A stretch of 63,140 bases of DNA, the filler included, from Octopus bimaculoides (lineage: Eukaryota): the NCBI RefSeq assembly GCF_001194135.2. It is 5 parts of 5 records of this genome, joined end to end, with 100 filler letters (N's around TTAATTAATTAA, not from the genome) between each part and the next. Parts side by side here need not be neighbours in the genome. Positions count along the whole stretch, not along the records: positions 37,432 to 63,140 come from NC_068995.1; 4 more parts are not named here. One strand, given 5' to 3'. Position numbers and translations under genes: made by a program. The notes under the pieces were generated by a model. That model saw only the letters and a program-made list of their open reading frames with translations, was not told where the DNA came from and made no database searches. Each line of letters opens with the position of its first letter. The first letter of the stretch is position 1. Below are positions 63,105 to 63,140 of the stretch, piece after piece.

Positions 63105-63140
<36 letters not shown>

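Overview
Repeat-dominated, gapped eukaryotic scaffold segment. The very high microsatellite density and the tRNA-derived SINE families point to an Octopus genome, probably O. bimaculoides (inference from repeat content, not a database hit). The only host coding sequence I can identify is the first coding exon of a secreted DNase I-family gene on the minus strand (40759-40902); I found none of its downstream exons in the window. The rest is mobile DNA: two abundant SINE families, RTE-clade LINE remnants, three Penelope-like (GIY-YIG) remnants, two 3' ends of an R4/Dong-like RLE retrotransposon, a decayed mariner, mariner/Tc1 MITEs, a Gypsy integrase fragment and fold-back elements. Four 100-bp spacers (44 N + TTAATTAATTAA + 44 N) are artificial contig joins. 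The last join (37332-37431) coincides with a switch from CpG-retaining sequence (left) to CpG-decayed sequence (right), seen in the same SINE families. The most unusual element is at 27.27-28.0 kb: a Penelope GIY-YIG end followed by Pol III A/B boxes and a decayed minimal hammerhead-ribozyme core. Nearly all long entries in the ORF track are microsatellite or N-gap artefacts. I found no CRISPR array, rRNA or convincing tRNA gene. Repeat boundaries were read by eye and are approximate unless a TSD or TIR is given.
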